45,290 nt of DNA from Trueperaceae bacterium (GCA_040905465.1 JBBDRK010000026.1:1-45290), one strand, 5' to 3'. Counted from the first letter of the stretch, positions 36,222-45,290 are shown. Notes: generated from the sequence alone by a model not told the origin. Numbers and translations: made by a program.

Positions 36222-36255
36222 AGACAAAGTCGCCGAGTAGACCAAAGGAGCACAT

Positions 36256-37284
36256 ATGACCCTCGTTCGCATACTCGCAATAGCCCTGCTGTTGCCGATG
36301 ACCATCGGTTTTGGCCAGGACGCGCCTGACGTCGAGCCGCTCGAGCCCGCCGAGCGAGTCACGGTCGCTTACGTACCGATCATGAAGTTCGCGACAATGT
36401 ATGTGGCTGCCGATCGTGGACTCTTCGAGAAGTACGGTCTCGAAGTGGAGATCAACCGGGTCGCCTCCGGCACCGAAGCTATCGCCTTCCTGACCGAGGG
36501 CCGTATCGACGTCGGCGGGATCGCCATCGTCACCTCGTTGTGGAACGGCTGGAGCCAGGGGCTCGACATCCAGATCTTCGCCCCGGGTGCGCTCGAGCCG
36601 CTCGAGAACAGCCCGACTAAGTTCATGGTGCGCAGCGACCTGCTGGAGGGCGGCACGATCGGCGAGATGGCGGACCTGCGCGGACGCAACGTCGCCGTCG
36701 CCGGCGGACCCGGCAGCGGCGGCGAGTATCTGGTGACCAAGGCGCTCGAGCTCGGCGGCCTGACCATTCGCGATGTGAACCTGCTCAACATCAGCAACGC
36801 CGACATGCCGGCGGCCTTCGAGAACGGCTCCATCGACGCCGGACTGCTCGGATCGCCCTACGCCGACCAGGTCGAAGACGACGGCTTCGCAACCGCAATG
36901 GCCGAGGACCTCACGCCCGGCCTGATGACGGTGGCGTTCGTGGGCTCGGACCGCTTCATAACCGAACGGCCCGAAGTTGCCCGGCGCTTCACCCTGGCGC
37001 TGATGGAAGCCGCCCGGCTGATGCAGGGCGACGACTACCTGTCCCAGGAGAATATCGACGCCTACCTGAGCTACGTCAACTCGACCGAGCAGGCGCTTCG
37101 CAGTGGCCTGCCGGTGGTCTACGACCCGAACCAGAAGATCTCCCTGGACGGGTTGGCCGACGTCGAGCGGGTGCACCGCGAGAACGGCCGCACGCAGTAC
37201 GACGAGCCGATCGACCTCGACACCGTGGTGGAGACGGCCTACCTGGAGTGGGCGCGCGACGTCCTCGGTGAGTACTCGCAATAG
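36256..37284 (+). CDS. NitT/TauT (NMT1/THI5/SsuA-like) ABC substrate-binding protein
   Basis: Signal peptide; motifs MYVAADRGLFEKYGLEVE, DLRGRNVAV, GSIDA and FITERPE; RBS AAAGGAG. Confidence 0.9.
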   Translation: MTLVRILAIALLLPMTIGFGQDAPDVEPLEPAERVTVAYVPIMKFATMYVAADRGLFEKYGLEVEINRVASGTEAIAFLTEGRIDVGGIAIVTSLWNGWSQGLDIQIFAPGALEPLENSPTKFMVRSDLLEGGTIGEMADLRGRNVAVAGGPGSGGEYLVTKALELGGLTIRDVNLLNISNADMPAAFENGSIDAGLLGSPYADQVEDDGFATAMAEDLTPGLMTVAFVGSDRFITERPEVARRFTLALMEAARLMQGDDYLSQENIDAYLSYVNSTEQALRSGLPVVYDPNQKISLDGLADVERVHRENGRTQYDEPIDLDTVVETAYLEWARDVLGEYSQ

Positions 37285-37303
37285 CGCTGAGACAGCGCCG
37301 AAC

Positions 37304-37341
37304 GAGCCGCGCCCCTCCGGAAGCGGAGCGGCGCGGCTTTT
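37304..37341 (+). terminator. Intrinsic terminator-like hairpin between the binding-protein and ATPase genes
   Basis: AGCCGCGCC-cCTCCG-gaag-CGGAGc-GGCGCGGCT followed by TTT. Confidence 0.65.
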
Positions 37342-37466
37342 CAGAGGAACCCTATCTTGCTTGAAGTCGATATCAGTGACATGAATCCGAACGCCAACCG
37401 CCCGATTGGCGACCATCGGCGGCCCAGTCGCTTCAACCGCGACCCGGCTGTCGGTGCTATCCCTGT

Positions 37467-38276
37467 TTGGCGAAGCGAAGGGGCGATGCCGAGTTGACCG
37501 GCAAGATCCATGCCAGCGAAGTTACGATGTCGTTCGCGACCGCGAAGGGGCGGGTAACGGCGATCGAACGCTTCGACCTCGATGTCGCCGATGGCGAGTT
37601 CGTCTGCATCGTCGGCCCGTCCGGTTGTGGCAAGTCGACGTTCCTGCGGATCCTCGCCGGCCTGCTGGACGCCAGCTCGGGCCGCATCGAAATCACCCCC
37701 GGCGACGACCCTGCAAAGCCGCTGAACAATGTGGTCTTCCAGGAGTACGCCATCTTCCCCTGGAAGACGGTCCTCGACAACGTCGCCTTCGGCCTGCAGA
37801 TGCGTGGCGTGGCGCGCCGCGAGCGGGAGGAGATCGCCCGCGCCTGGCTGGCCAAGGTCGGCCTCACCAAGTTCGTCGACTACTATCCGGCTCAACTGTC
37901 CGGCGGAATGAAGCAGCGGGTGAGTATCGCCCGCGCGCTGGCGAACGATCCCGAAGTCCTGCTCATGGACGAGCCGTTGGGAGCCCTCGACGCCCAGACC
38001 CGGCTGGTGCTGCAGGAGGAGTTGCTGCGCATCTGGGAGGAGCACCGCAAGACCGTGGTCTATGTCACGCACAGCATCGAAGAAGCCGTGCTGCTGGGTG
38101 ACCGCGTGGTGATCATGACCGCCCACCCGGGACGGAAGAAGACAGAGTTCATGGTAGACATTCCCCGCCCTCGTACCATCCGCACCACCTCGACCCCGGA
38201 GTTCGCGGCCCTCAACGGCGCCATCTGGGAGGCGCTGCAGGACGAGGTGCGTGAGGCGATGAGGAATCAAACGTGA
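37467..38276 (+). CDS. NitT/TauT ABC transporter ATP-binding protein
   Basis: Walker A GPSGCGKST, signature LSGGMKQR, Walker B LLMDEP, VTHS. The start could be TTG 37494. Confidence 0.94.
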   Translation: MAKRRGDAELTGKIHASEVTMSFATAKGRVTAIERFDLDVADGEFVCIVGPSGCGKSTFLRILAGLLDASSGRIEITPGDDPAKPLNNVVFQEYAIFPWKTVLDNVAFGLQMRGVARREREEIARAWLAKVGLTKFVDYYPAQLSGGMKQRVSIARALANDPEVLLMDEPLGALDAQTRLVLQEELLRIWEEHRKTVVYVTHSIEEAVLLGDRVVIMTAHPGRKKTEFMVDIPRPRTIRTTSTPEFAALNGAIWEALQDEVREAMRNQT

Positions 38277-39322
38277 GCGCCGTGCGCAACCTGTACAAGC
38301 GAGGTTCGTTCCCCGGGGGTGGCCTGCCCTGGCTCTTCGCCGGGTTCGTCGTGGTCAACCTGGCGGCAACATTGCTGGGGCTATGGCAGCCGCTGTGGTG
38401 GGCGATCCTGGCGATCGACACGGTCCTGGTGGTGATGCTGGCGGAGGCGGTGGGGGAGCGAGTACCGGTCTCCCGGCAGGAGGCCTACAAGAGTGTGCTG
38501 GCTCTCGGATTTCCGCTCCTGCTGCTGCTCACCTGGGAGTTGATCGTCGGCGCCGGCATCCTGAACCCGCGCTGGTTTCCGGCGCCAACGAGCATCGCCG
38601 CTGCCCTCTGGGACCTGACGGTGAACTTCGACCGATTCGGCGAGACCAGCCTGCTTGGCCGTCCCTGGCTCATTCCCGCTCGTTATGCCGAGGAAGGCTG
38701 GGGCGGAGTGGCCGCCCTTTTCCGGGAGAGTCACGTGAACGCGACGCTGCTGAGAGTGCTGGCCGGCTTCGCAGTCGGGGCGCTCCCGGGGCTGCTGATC
38801 GGGATGATCATGGGTCTCAACCGCACGGTGAAGTCGATGCTCGACTCGACCATGTCGGCGTTTTACGTCCTGCCCAAGATCGCCATCTTCCCGTTGATGA
38901 TGCTGATCTTTCCCAACCCGTTCGGCGAGGGCCCCAAGATCGCCGTAGTTGCGATAAGCGCCTTCTTCCTGGTGGCCATAAGCACCATGGCCGGGGTGGA
39001 GGGGATCGACCGGGTGTATCTCGAGGCGGGCCGAAACTACGGTGCCAATCGCCTGCAGATGCTGCGCCACGTGATCGTGCCAGGAGCGTTGCCGATCATC
39101 TTCTCGGGCCTGCGCCTGGCGATGGGTACCGCGTTGATCGTCATCGTGGCGGTGGAGTTCATCCGGGCACAGACCGGCGTGGGCTTCATCATCTACTACT
39201 ACTGGCAGATCCTGGTTACCGAGAAGATGTACGCCGGGTTGGCGGTGGTGATGACTCTGGGTGTGCTCCTGACCCATCTGCTGCAATGGCTCGAGCGGCG
39301 GGTGATGCCGTGGCGGAAGTAG
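38273..39322 (+). CDS. NitT/TauT ABC transporter permease
   Basis: Motifs FPAPT, TLLRV, LPKIAIFP, EAA loop YLEAGRNYGA, PGALP and IVAVE. Confidence 0.9.
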   Translation: MSAVRNLYKRGSFPGGGLPWLFAGFVVVNLAATLLGLWQPLWWAILAIDTVLVVMLAEAVGERVPVSRQEAYKSVLALGFPLLLLLTWELIVGAGILNPRWFPAPTSIAAALWDLTVNFDRFGETSLLGRPWLIPARYAEEGWGGVAALFRESHVNATLLRVLAGFAVGALPGLLIGMIMGLNRTVKSMLDSTMSAFYVLPKIAIFPLMMLIFPNPFGEGPKIAVVAISAFFLVAISTMAGVEGIDRVYLEAGRNYGANRLQMLRHVIVPGALPIIFSGLRLAMGTALIVIVAVEFIRAQTGVGFIIYYYWQILVTEKMYAGLAVVMTLGVLLTHLLQWLERRVMPWRK

Positions 39323-40910
39323 GCTGATCGGCCGCATCCGCCGTGGCCGCCTCCTCTACCTCGTCGGCTCCTCGCAACTCCTGCTGCGGCAGCCACAGGC
39401 TTATCGCCAGGGCGACCAGTGTCAGCGCCAGGCTAACCAGGAACACCTGGCTCAACCCGCTGCCGAGCGCCGAGCGGAGGCTTTCGATGAAGGCGTCGAA
39501 CACTCCCGGCCCGGCGAGACCGGCGACGGTCGAGCGTGCCTGCTCCAGTGCCACGGGATTGGTGAGCAGGTTGGGGTCGGCGAGTTCCGTGCCGACATCG
39601 GCCGGCAGGTTGCTGAACTGCGGCGGCAGGTTGGCCGCCAAGCCGCCCCGCACGTTGGCGGTCACCAGCGTGCCGAAAAGGGTCACGCCGATGGTCCCGC
39701 CGATCTGCCTGAAGAACTGGTTGGCGCTGGTCACCGTGCCGAGGAGCGCCGGTGGCAGCGAGTTCTGCACGGCCAGCACGAACAGTGAGTTGGTCGGCCC
39801 GATTCCCAGCCCCAGGATCACCATGTAAATGACGGTAACGGCGGTGGGCGTGTCCGGACCCATGGTGCTGGCCAGGTAGAAACCCAGGAGCATCACCACC
39901 AGGCCGGCGAGCACGAACGGCTTGTAGCGGCCGGTACGCGTGACCAGAATGCCCGATACGGTGCCGCTGATGATCATCCCGAACATCAGCGGCGCCAGGG
40001 CGAACCCGCTGGCCGCCGCGCTTCCACCCTGCACCCCCTGAACGAAAAGCGGCAGGTAGATGACGGCGCCGAACAGGCCGATGCCGGTGAGGAATCCGGC
40101 CGCGTTGGCGACGTTGAAGGTGCGGTCGCCAAACAGGGCGGGGGCGAGGATGGGCGAGGGCGTTCGCGTCTGCCACCAGCCGAACAGCGCCAGGAGGAGG
40201 ACGGACGCCGCCAGCAGTACGACTATCGGCGGCGACGTCCACGAGTACTCGACCCCTGCCCAGGTGAGTGCCAGCAGCAGCGGGACGAGGCCACACACCA
40301 GCAGCACGCTCCCGGCGACGTCCAGGCGATGGCCTCGTTGCCGCTCACCCGCCGGCAGATATCGCTGGATGACCGCGTAGGCGACCACGGCTACCGGGAT
40401 ATTGACGAAGAACACCCAGCGCCAGCCGAGAGTATCGGTTATGAGGCCGCCGACGATGGGTCCGACGACCGAGCTAAGGCCGAACACCGCTCCGCTGAAC
40501 CCCTGGTACTGACCGCGCTCGCGCGGGTTGAAGATGTCGGCGATGGCGGCCCAGGACATTGCCATCAGGGCACCCCCACCGATTCCCTGCAAGACCCGCG
40601 ATGCGATCAGCTGCGGCATGTCCTGCGCGAAGCCGGATAGGACGCTGCTCAGCGAAAACAGGACGATCCCGAACTGGAGGATCCCTTTGCGTCCGTATAT
40701 GTCGCTGAGACGGCCATAGATCGGCAGTGAAGCGGTCGAAGCCAACGAGAAGCTGGTGAACGCCCAGGCGTAGAGATGGAAACCTTCGAGCTCGGCGATG
40801 ATCCGCGGCAGGGCGGTGCCGACCACGGTGAGGTTGAGGGAGGCGAGGAAGAGGACGGTGAGCACCCCGGCGAACGCCAGGTGCTTCTCACGGCGGCTCA
40901 GCTCAGGCAC
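39216..40910 (-). CDS. DHA2/MDR-family MFS efflux transporter (14 TMS)
   Basis: Motifs VGTALPRI, motif [36 protein letters not shown] and RQIGGTIG. Confidence 0.92.
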   Translation of the reverse strand: MPELSRREKHLAFAGVLTVLFLASLNLTVVGTALPRIIAELEGFHLYAWAFTSFSLASTASLPIYGRLSDIYGRKGILQFGIVLFSLSSVLSGFAQDMPQLIASRVLQGIGGGALMAMSWAAIADIFNPRERGQYQGFSGAVFGLSSVVGPIVGGLITDTLGWRWVFFVNIPVAVVAYAVIQRYLPAGERQRGHRLDVAGSVLLVCGLVPLLLALTWAGVEYSWTSPPIVVLLAASVLLLALFGWWQTRTPSPILAPALFGDRTFNVANAAGFLTGIGLFGAVIYLPLFVQGVQGGSAAASGFALAPLMFGMIISGTVSGILVTRTGRYKPFVLAGLVVMLLGFYLASTMGPDTPTAVTVIYMVILGLGIGPTNSLFVLAVQNSLPPALLGTVTSANQFFRQIGGTIGVTLFGTLVTANVRGGLAANLPPQFSNLPADVGTELADPNLLTNPVALEQARSTVAGLAGPGVFDAFIESLRSALGSGLSQVFLVSLALTLVALAISLWLPQQELRGADEVEEAATADAADQPTSATASPAARAIAADGSGAHPESSPPPTRRTSSR

Positions 40911-40954
40911 CGGCCGACCTGTCGACCTTCGTTCTCTCAGTGTCCAGGATCAAT

Positions 40955-40984
40955 TTTCGGTCTGCTTTCGGTCTGCTTTCGGTC
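40955..40984. repeat. 11-bp tandem direct repeat (TTTCGGTCTGC, about 2.7 copies) upstream of the MFS gene
   Basis: tttcggtctgc-tttcggtctgc-tttcggtc, read directly from the sequence. Confidence 0.85.
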
Positions 40985-41199
40985 ATGGGCCACTACCGGC
41001 ACCAACGTACCAGGAGGCTGCGCCTGCTCCTGTCGGCCGGCGAAGCGGATTGAACCGGCGGCCGAAGCTGCCGGAAATGTGTTGTGATACATGGCGGTCG
41101 GGCTGCGGACCTTACGAGCAAGGGTGGCAGGCGCTATCGTCAGGCCGGTCGCTGGCGAAATGTCGGCCATCGGCGGCGCTCGGACCGAGAGGAGTTCTA

Positions 41200-42042
41200 A
41201 TGGCTAACCCGCACAATCACAGCGACACCTTCCTGCTTGGAGGGGAACTCGAGGTACACCGGCTCGGCTTCGGCGCCATGCGGATAACCGGTGTGGGGAT
41301 CTGGGGCCCGCCTGCTGACGGAGACGAAGCCAGACGCGTCCTGCGTAGGGCCGTCGAGCTCGGAATCGACCTGATCGATACCGCCGACTCCTACGGCCCC
41401 AATGTGAGCGAGGAGCTGATCGCCGAGGCGTTGCATCCCTATCCGGACGGCTTGGTGATCGCCACCAAGGGTGGTCAGTTGAGGCCGGGACCGGACGTCT
41501 GGAAACCCGATGGCCGGCCGGAGCACCTGCGGGCCGTGCTGGAGGGGAGTCTGCAGCGGTTGCGGCTGGAGCGGATAGATCTCTATCAGCTCCACAGGCC
41601 CGACCCGAAGGTGCCGTTGAAGGAGTCCGTGGGCGCGCTGGCCGAGTGGCAGCGCGAGGGACTCATCCGATTCATCGGTCTCTCGAACGTGAGCGTCGAG
41701 CAGCTCGATGAGGCGAGGGCGGTCGCCGAGATCGTGACGGTCCAGAACCGCTACAACGTGTCTTACCGCACGTCTCAGCCGGTCTTGGAGCGCTGTCAGG
41801 AGCTGGGAATCGGCTTCATCCCGTGGCAGCCGATCGGCGCCGGTGATTTGGGCGAGGCGGTGGAACGAGTGGCGGCCCGCCATGGCGCCACGCCCGCTCA
41901 AGTGGCGCTCGCCTGGCTGTTGCAGAGTTCACCGGTACAGTTGCCGATCCCGGGCACTTCGAGTGTCCGGCATCTGGAGGAGAACGTGGCGGCAACCGAG
42001 CTGCAGCTCGACGATGACGACATGGAAGCGCTCGGCGCTTAA
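41200..42042 (+). CDS. Aldo/keto reductase (YdbC/pyridoxine 4-dehydrogenase-like)
   Basis: Motifs [37 protein letters not shown] and PIPGTSS. ATG 41200 follows GAGGAG; the ORF-track start at 40798 is over-extended. Confidence 0.92.
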   Translation: MANPHNHSDTFLLGGELEVHRLGFGAMRITGVGIWGPPADGDEARRVLRRAVELGIDLIDTADSYGPNVSEELIAEALHPYPDGLVIATKGGQLRPGPDVWKPDGRPEHLRAVLEGSLQRLRLERIDLYQLHRPDPKVPLKESVGALAEWQREGLIRFIGLSNVSVEQLDEARAVAEIVTVQNRYNVSYRTSQPVLERCQELGIGFIPWQPIGAGDLGEAVERVAARHGATPAQVALAWLLQSSPVQLPIPGTSSVRHLEENVAATELQLDDDDMEALGA

Positions 42043-42160
42043 GCGCGGTTGCCGGCCGTGGCGGCTGCCCATCACATCCCCCGCCGCCGTGAAGTGACTC
42101 CAGGTGCAATCGCCGAACAAGAGCCGCAAACGCATTCTGGAGTGACGGGAGCAGGATGAG

Positions 42161-44413
42161 GTGGGCGTGCTGAGACTGGGAGTTCTCGTATTCGTAGCTG
42201 TGGTTCTCGCCGGCTGTGACCAGCAGCCGGCGTCGCCTTTGGCGCAGCCGACCGAGGCCGAGGTGACTCAGCAGAGAGTATCCACTTCCCCCACCGGCGC
42301 GGAACTCCATTACGCGATCTACGAAGTGCAGGGCAGCGGGAGTTCCAGCCCGCTGAAAGGCTCGATCCTCACGATCCGCGGGGTGGTGACGGCCGACTTC
42401 CAGGAGGAGGCCGAGCTGAGCGGTTTCTTCGTGCAGGAGTTGATCGGGGACGAAAACCCTGAGACGTCCGACGGAATATTCGTGTTTCACTTCAGCACGC
42501 CCGTCGAAGTGGGTGACGTGGTCGAGGTAACCGGTCAGGTCAAGGAGCACTTCGAGCTTACCGAACTGACCAACGTGACCGAAGTGGCCGTCGTGGACCA
42601 GGCGGATTTGCCGCAGCCGGCCGATGTCCGACTGCCACTCGTCAGCGCCGACTACTGGGAGCGCTACGAGGGAATGCTGGTAACCGTTGCCCGGGACGGA
42701 GGCCCTCTCACCGTGAGCGAGACCTTCCACCTCGGCCGTGGCGGTCTGGTGATGATTGCCGATAGTCGACTCGTGCAGTACACGCAGACGAATACGGCCA
42801 GCCCGAGCGGATATGCGGCACATGTCCTGGATGCGGTGCGCCGCAGCATCCTTCTTGATGACGGCAGCCTCGAGCAGAACCCCGATCCGATCCGCTACTC
42901 GGCGACCGGAGGCGAGCTGACCGCAGACGACACGTTGCGGGTTGGCGACACCCTCGCCAGCGTAACGGGAGTCGTAACCTACAGTTTCAACGGCTGGAGC
43001 GGCACCAACTCCTACCGAATCCATCCTACCGAGAGCGTGCAGTTCGGCGCCGGCAACCCGCCGCCGGCCGCGGCGCCGAGCGTCGGCGGCGGGGTGCGAG
43101 TCGGCAGCTTCAACGTTCTGAACTTCTTCAACGGCAACGGTCGTGGGGGCGGATTCCCGACCGACCGCGGCGCTGAAAGTCCCGTGGAGCTGCAACGTCA
43201 ACTGGACAAGCTCGTCTCGGCTATAACCTTGCTGGACGCGCACGTACTTGGCCTGATCGAGATCGAAAACGATGTCGCCGGTGCCGACAGTGCGGTGGCC
43301 GACCTGGTCGAGGCACTCAATGCCGAGGCGGGCTCCGGCACCTACGATTACATCGAGACGGGCAGGATCGGCGACGACGCGATAAAGGTAGGTCTCATCT
43401 ACCAGGGATCGGCGGTGACGCCGGTTGGCGACTTCCTGATCCTCGACAGCAGCGTCGACCCGGCTTTCGACGACACGCTCAATCGCCCTGCCCTGGCACA
43501 GACGTTCGCTCAGTCCGGCTCCGGCGGCGAGTTCACGGTAGTGGTCAACCACCTCAAGAGCAAAGGCAGTTCGTGCAGCGAGTTCGGTGACGTCGACCGG
43601 AACGATGGTCAGGGGAACTGCAATCTGACACGCACCAGCGCGGCGCGGGCTGTGGCCGACTGGGCCGAAGACCTGGCGAGAGCTTCAGGAGATCCGGACG
43701 TGCTCGTTCTCGGTGACCTGAACGCCTATGCGCAGGAGGATCCGATCCAGGCTCTGCTGTCAGGCGGGTTCGTCAACCTGCTCGAGCCCGACGAGTACTC
43801 CTATGTCTTCCAGGGACTCAGCGGCACACTCGACCACGCCCTGTCCACTGCCAGCCTGAACGATCAGGTGATCGGAGCTTCGGTCTGGAACATCAACGCC
43901 CAGGAGCCGAGCGCGCTCGACTACAACGTCAACTTCAAGACGCCTCGCCAGGTGGATCTCCTCTACAGTGACTCGCCGTATCGGTCTTCCGACCACGATC
44001 CGGTGCTGGTGGGTCTCGAACTCAACCGGCCACCGGATTGCGGCTCGGCGAACGCCGATATCGAGCGGCTGTGGCCGGTCGACCACAAGATGGTGAGCGG
44101 CCGAGTCGTCGACGTCTTCGATCCCGAGGGCGACAACGTGACGATCACCATCGAGCGGATCTTCCAGGACGAGCCCGTTCTGGGGTCGAACGACGGAGCT
44201 ACCTCGCCCGATGCTGCCATCGGCTTTGGCAACCACTTCGAATTGCGTGCCGAGCGCGACGGCGAAGGTAACGGCCGTGTCTACGTGGTCGCCTTCACAG
44301 CCAACGACCGCTACGGTTCGTGTTCCGGCCAAGTGCTGGTGGGTGCTCCCCTCAGTCTCGATGGCAGCTCGGCAGTGGACGACGGAGCGCTCTTCGATTC
44401 GACCGCTCGCTGA
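42161..44413 (+). CDS. ExeM/NucH-family extracellular endonuclease, lipoprotein
   Basis: Lipobox VLAGC, OB-fold (IYEVQG, GFFVQE, SDGIFV), ERYEGMLV, EEP domain (SFNVLNFFN, NHLKSKG, GDLNAY, LDH, SSDHDP). Confidence 0.92.
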   Translation: MGVLRLGVLVFVAVVLAGCDQQPASPLAQPTEAEVTQQRVSTSPTGAELHYAIYEVQGSGSSSPLKGSILTIRGVVTADFQEEAELSGFFVQELIGDENPETSDGIFVFHFSTPVEVGDVVEVTGQVKEHFELTELTNVTEVAVVDQADLPQPADVRLPLVSADYWERYEGMLVTVARDGGPLTVSETFHLGRGGLVMIADSRLVQYTQTNTASPSGYAAHVLDAVRRSILLDDGSLEQNPDPIRYSATGGELTADDTLRVGDTLASVTGVVTYSFNGWSGTNSYRIHPTESVQFGAGNPPPAAAPSVGGGVRVGSFNVLNFFNGNGRGGGFPTDRGAESPVELQRQLDKLVSAITLLDAHVLGLIEIENDVAGADSAVADLVEALNAEAGSGTYDYIETGRIGDDAIKVGLIYQGSAVTPVGDFLILDSSVDPAFDDTLNRPALAQTFAQSGSGGEFTVVVNHLKSKGSSCSEFGDVDRNDGQGNCNLTRTSAARAVADWAEDLARASGDPDVLVLGDLNAYAQEDPIQALLSGGFVNLLEPDEYSYVFQGLSGTLDHALSTASLNDQVIGASVWNINAQEPSALDYNVNFKTPRQVDLLYSDSPYRSSDHDPVLVGLELNRPPDCGSANADIERLWPVDHKMVSGRVVDVFDPEGDNVTITIERIFQDEPVLGSNDGATSPDAAIGFGNHFELRAERDGEGNGRVYVVAFTANDRYGSCSGQVLVGAPLSLDGSSAVDDGALFDSTAR

Positions 44414-44416
44414 CCT

Positions 44417-44459
44417 CGAGTGTGCCCGGTCCCGGTTGAATGGGTGCCGCGCACACTCG
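44417..44459. terminator. Hairpin downstream of the nuclease gene
   Basis: CGAGTGTGC...GCACACTCG outer stem extended by CGG/CCG and CCC/GGG pairs; no U-tract. Confidence 0.45.
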
Positions 44460-44493
44460 TACTCTTGACATCGATGAGTGACGGGAGGCTTTG

Positions 44494-44820
44494 ATGAGCG
44501 ATCTGGCAGCGAAACAGTGCGTTCCCTGCAAGGGCGGGGTGCCGCCGCTGGCCGGCGAGGAGCTGCGCGAGCTGAGCGAGCAGCTCGGAGGTGGTTGGAG
44601 CGTCGTCGACGAACATCACCTCGCGAAGGCCTACGAGTTCGAGGATTTCCGGCAGGCACTCGACTTCACCAATCGGCTGGGCGCCCTGGCCGAGGAGCAG
44701 GGGCACCACCCTGACATCCACCTGTCGTGGGGGAAGGTCGCCGTCGAGATCTGGACGCACAAGATCGACGGTCTCACCGAGAGCGACTTCGTGCTGGCGG
44801 CCAAGACCGACAGGCTCTAG
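44494..44820 (+). CDS. phhB: Pterin-4-alpha-carbinolamine dehydratase
   Basis: Motifs CVPCKGG, AEEQGHHPD, WTHKIDGL and DFVLAAK; RBS GGGAGG. Confidence 0.93.
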   Translation: MSDLAAKQCVPCKGGVPPLAGEELRELSEQLGGGWSVVDEHHLAKAYEFEDFRQALDFTNRLGALAEEQGHHPDIHLSWGKVAVEIWTHKIDGLTESDFVLAAKTDRL

Positions 44821-44837
44821 AGAATAAGCGTGCTGCC

Positions 44838-44869
44838 CGTGGGCTACGAATACGTATTCGTAGCCCACG
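44838..44869. repeat. Perfect 32-bp palindrome, REP-like
   Basis: CGTGGGCTACGAATACGTATTCGTAGCCCACG is identical to its reverse complement; it lies between convergent genes. Confidence 0.85.
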
Positions 44870-44912
44870 ACGAGGAGATATCGCTTCACCGGGCCGGCGG
44901 GCCGGCTGGCCG

Positions 44913-45290
44913 CTACGCCAGCGAGTCCGCCGTGAAGTGCACGGATTTCGTCTGCAGGTACGCCTCCAGCGCTTCCTGTCCGAGCTCGCGGCCGAAGCCG
45001 CTCATCTTGTACCCGCCCACCGGCATCTCGGCGTGCACCAGGCCGTAGTTGTTCACCCAGACCGTGCCTGCCCGGAGTCCGCGTGACACCTGCAGGGCGG
45101 TGCTGAGGTCTTTGGTCCAGACCGCCGAGGCGAGGCCGTAGATGGTGTCGTTGGCGAGCTCGATCGCCTCAGCCCTCGTTTCGAAGGTCATGACTGCTAC
45201 CACCGGCCCGAAGATCTCCTCGCGGGCGATGGCCATGTCGCGGTCGACGTCGGTGAAGATGGTCGGCGGGAAGTAGCTGCCCCGGTCGAA
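44913..45290 (-). CDS. Aldehyde dehydrogenase, C-terminal part (5'-truncated by the window edge)
   Basis: Motifs YFPPTIF, IAREEIFGPV, ANDTIYGL, AGTVWVN and GGYKMSGFGRELG. Confidence 0.92.
   Translation of the reverse strand, partial: FDRGSYFPPTIFTDVDRDMAIAREEIFGPVVAVMTFETRAEAIELANDTIYGLASAVWTKDLSTALQVSRGLRAGTVWVNNYGLVHAEMPVGGYKMSGFGRELGQEALEAYLQTKSVHFTADSLA

Noticed and set aside
40955-40984. CRISPR array or mobile-element end
   Set aside because: The repeats are 11 bp, contiguous and spacer-less, and there are no cas, integrase or transposase genes anywhere in the window.

Overview
A GC-rich bacterial chromosomal window, almost entirely catabolic and transport genes. The solute-binding proteins carry non-lipoprotein Sec signal peptides, which suggests a diderm, possibly Deinococcota/Trueperaceae-like (inference only). 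I found no RNA genes, CRISPR arrays or mobile-element genes. The modules are: (1) 1-2874, an enolase-superfamily dehydratase, a ceramidase-fold protein and an FAH hydrolase; (2) 3421-11466, a ROK-regulated ABC + GH31 + GH15 locus matching cyclobis-(1->6)-alpha-nigerosyl (cycloalternan) catabolism; (3) 11527-22614 (minus strand), a TPP enzyme, LacI, a dehydratase, a Dpp-type ABC, a sulfatase, a KDPG aldolase and a KGSA-type dehydrogenase, a candidate pathway for a sulfated sugar acid; (4) 22935-35961, AKR, creatininase, a DgaE/SelA-like PLP enzyme, RidA, a D-TA-family PLP enzyme, an amidohydrolase, a second Dpp-type ABC, an M19 dipeptidase, a DHDPS-family enzyme and GntR, a candidate PTS-independent pathway for N-acyl-amino-aldonates; (5) 36100-39322, a NitT/TauT ABC transporter behind a structured leader that matches no riboswitch I recognise; (6) a DHA2 MFS pump, AKR, an ExeM/NucH nuclease, pterin-carbinolamine dehydratase and a partial aldehyde dehydrogenase. 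All calls come from reading motifs and no database searches were run.
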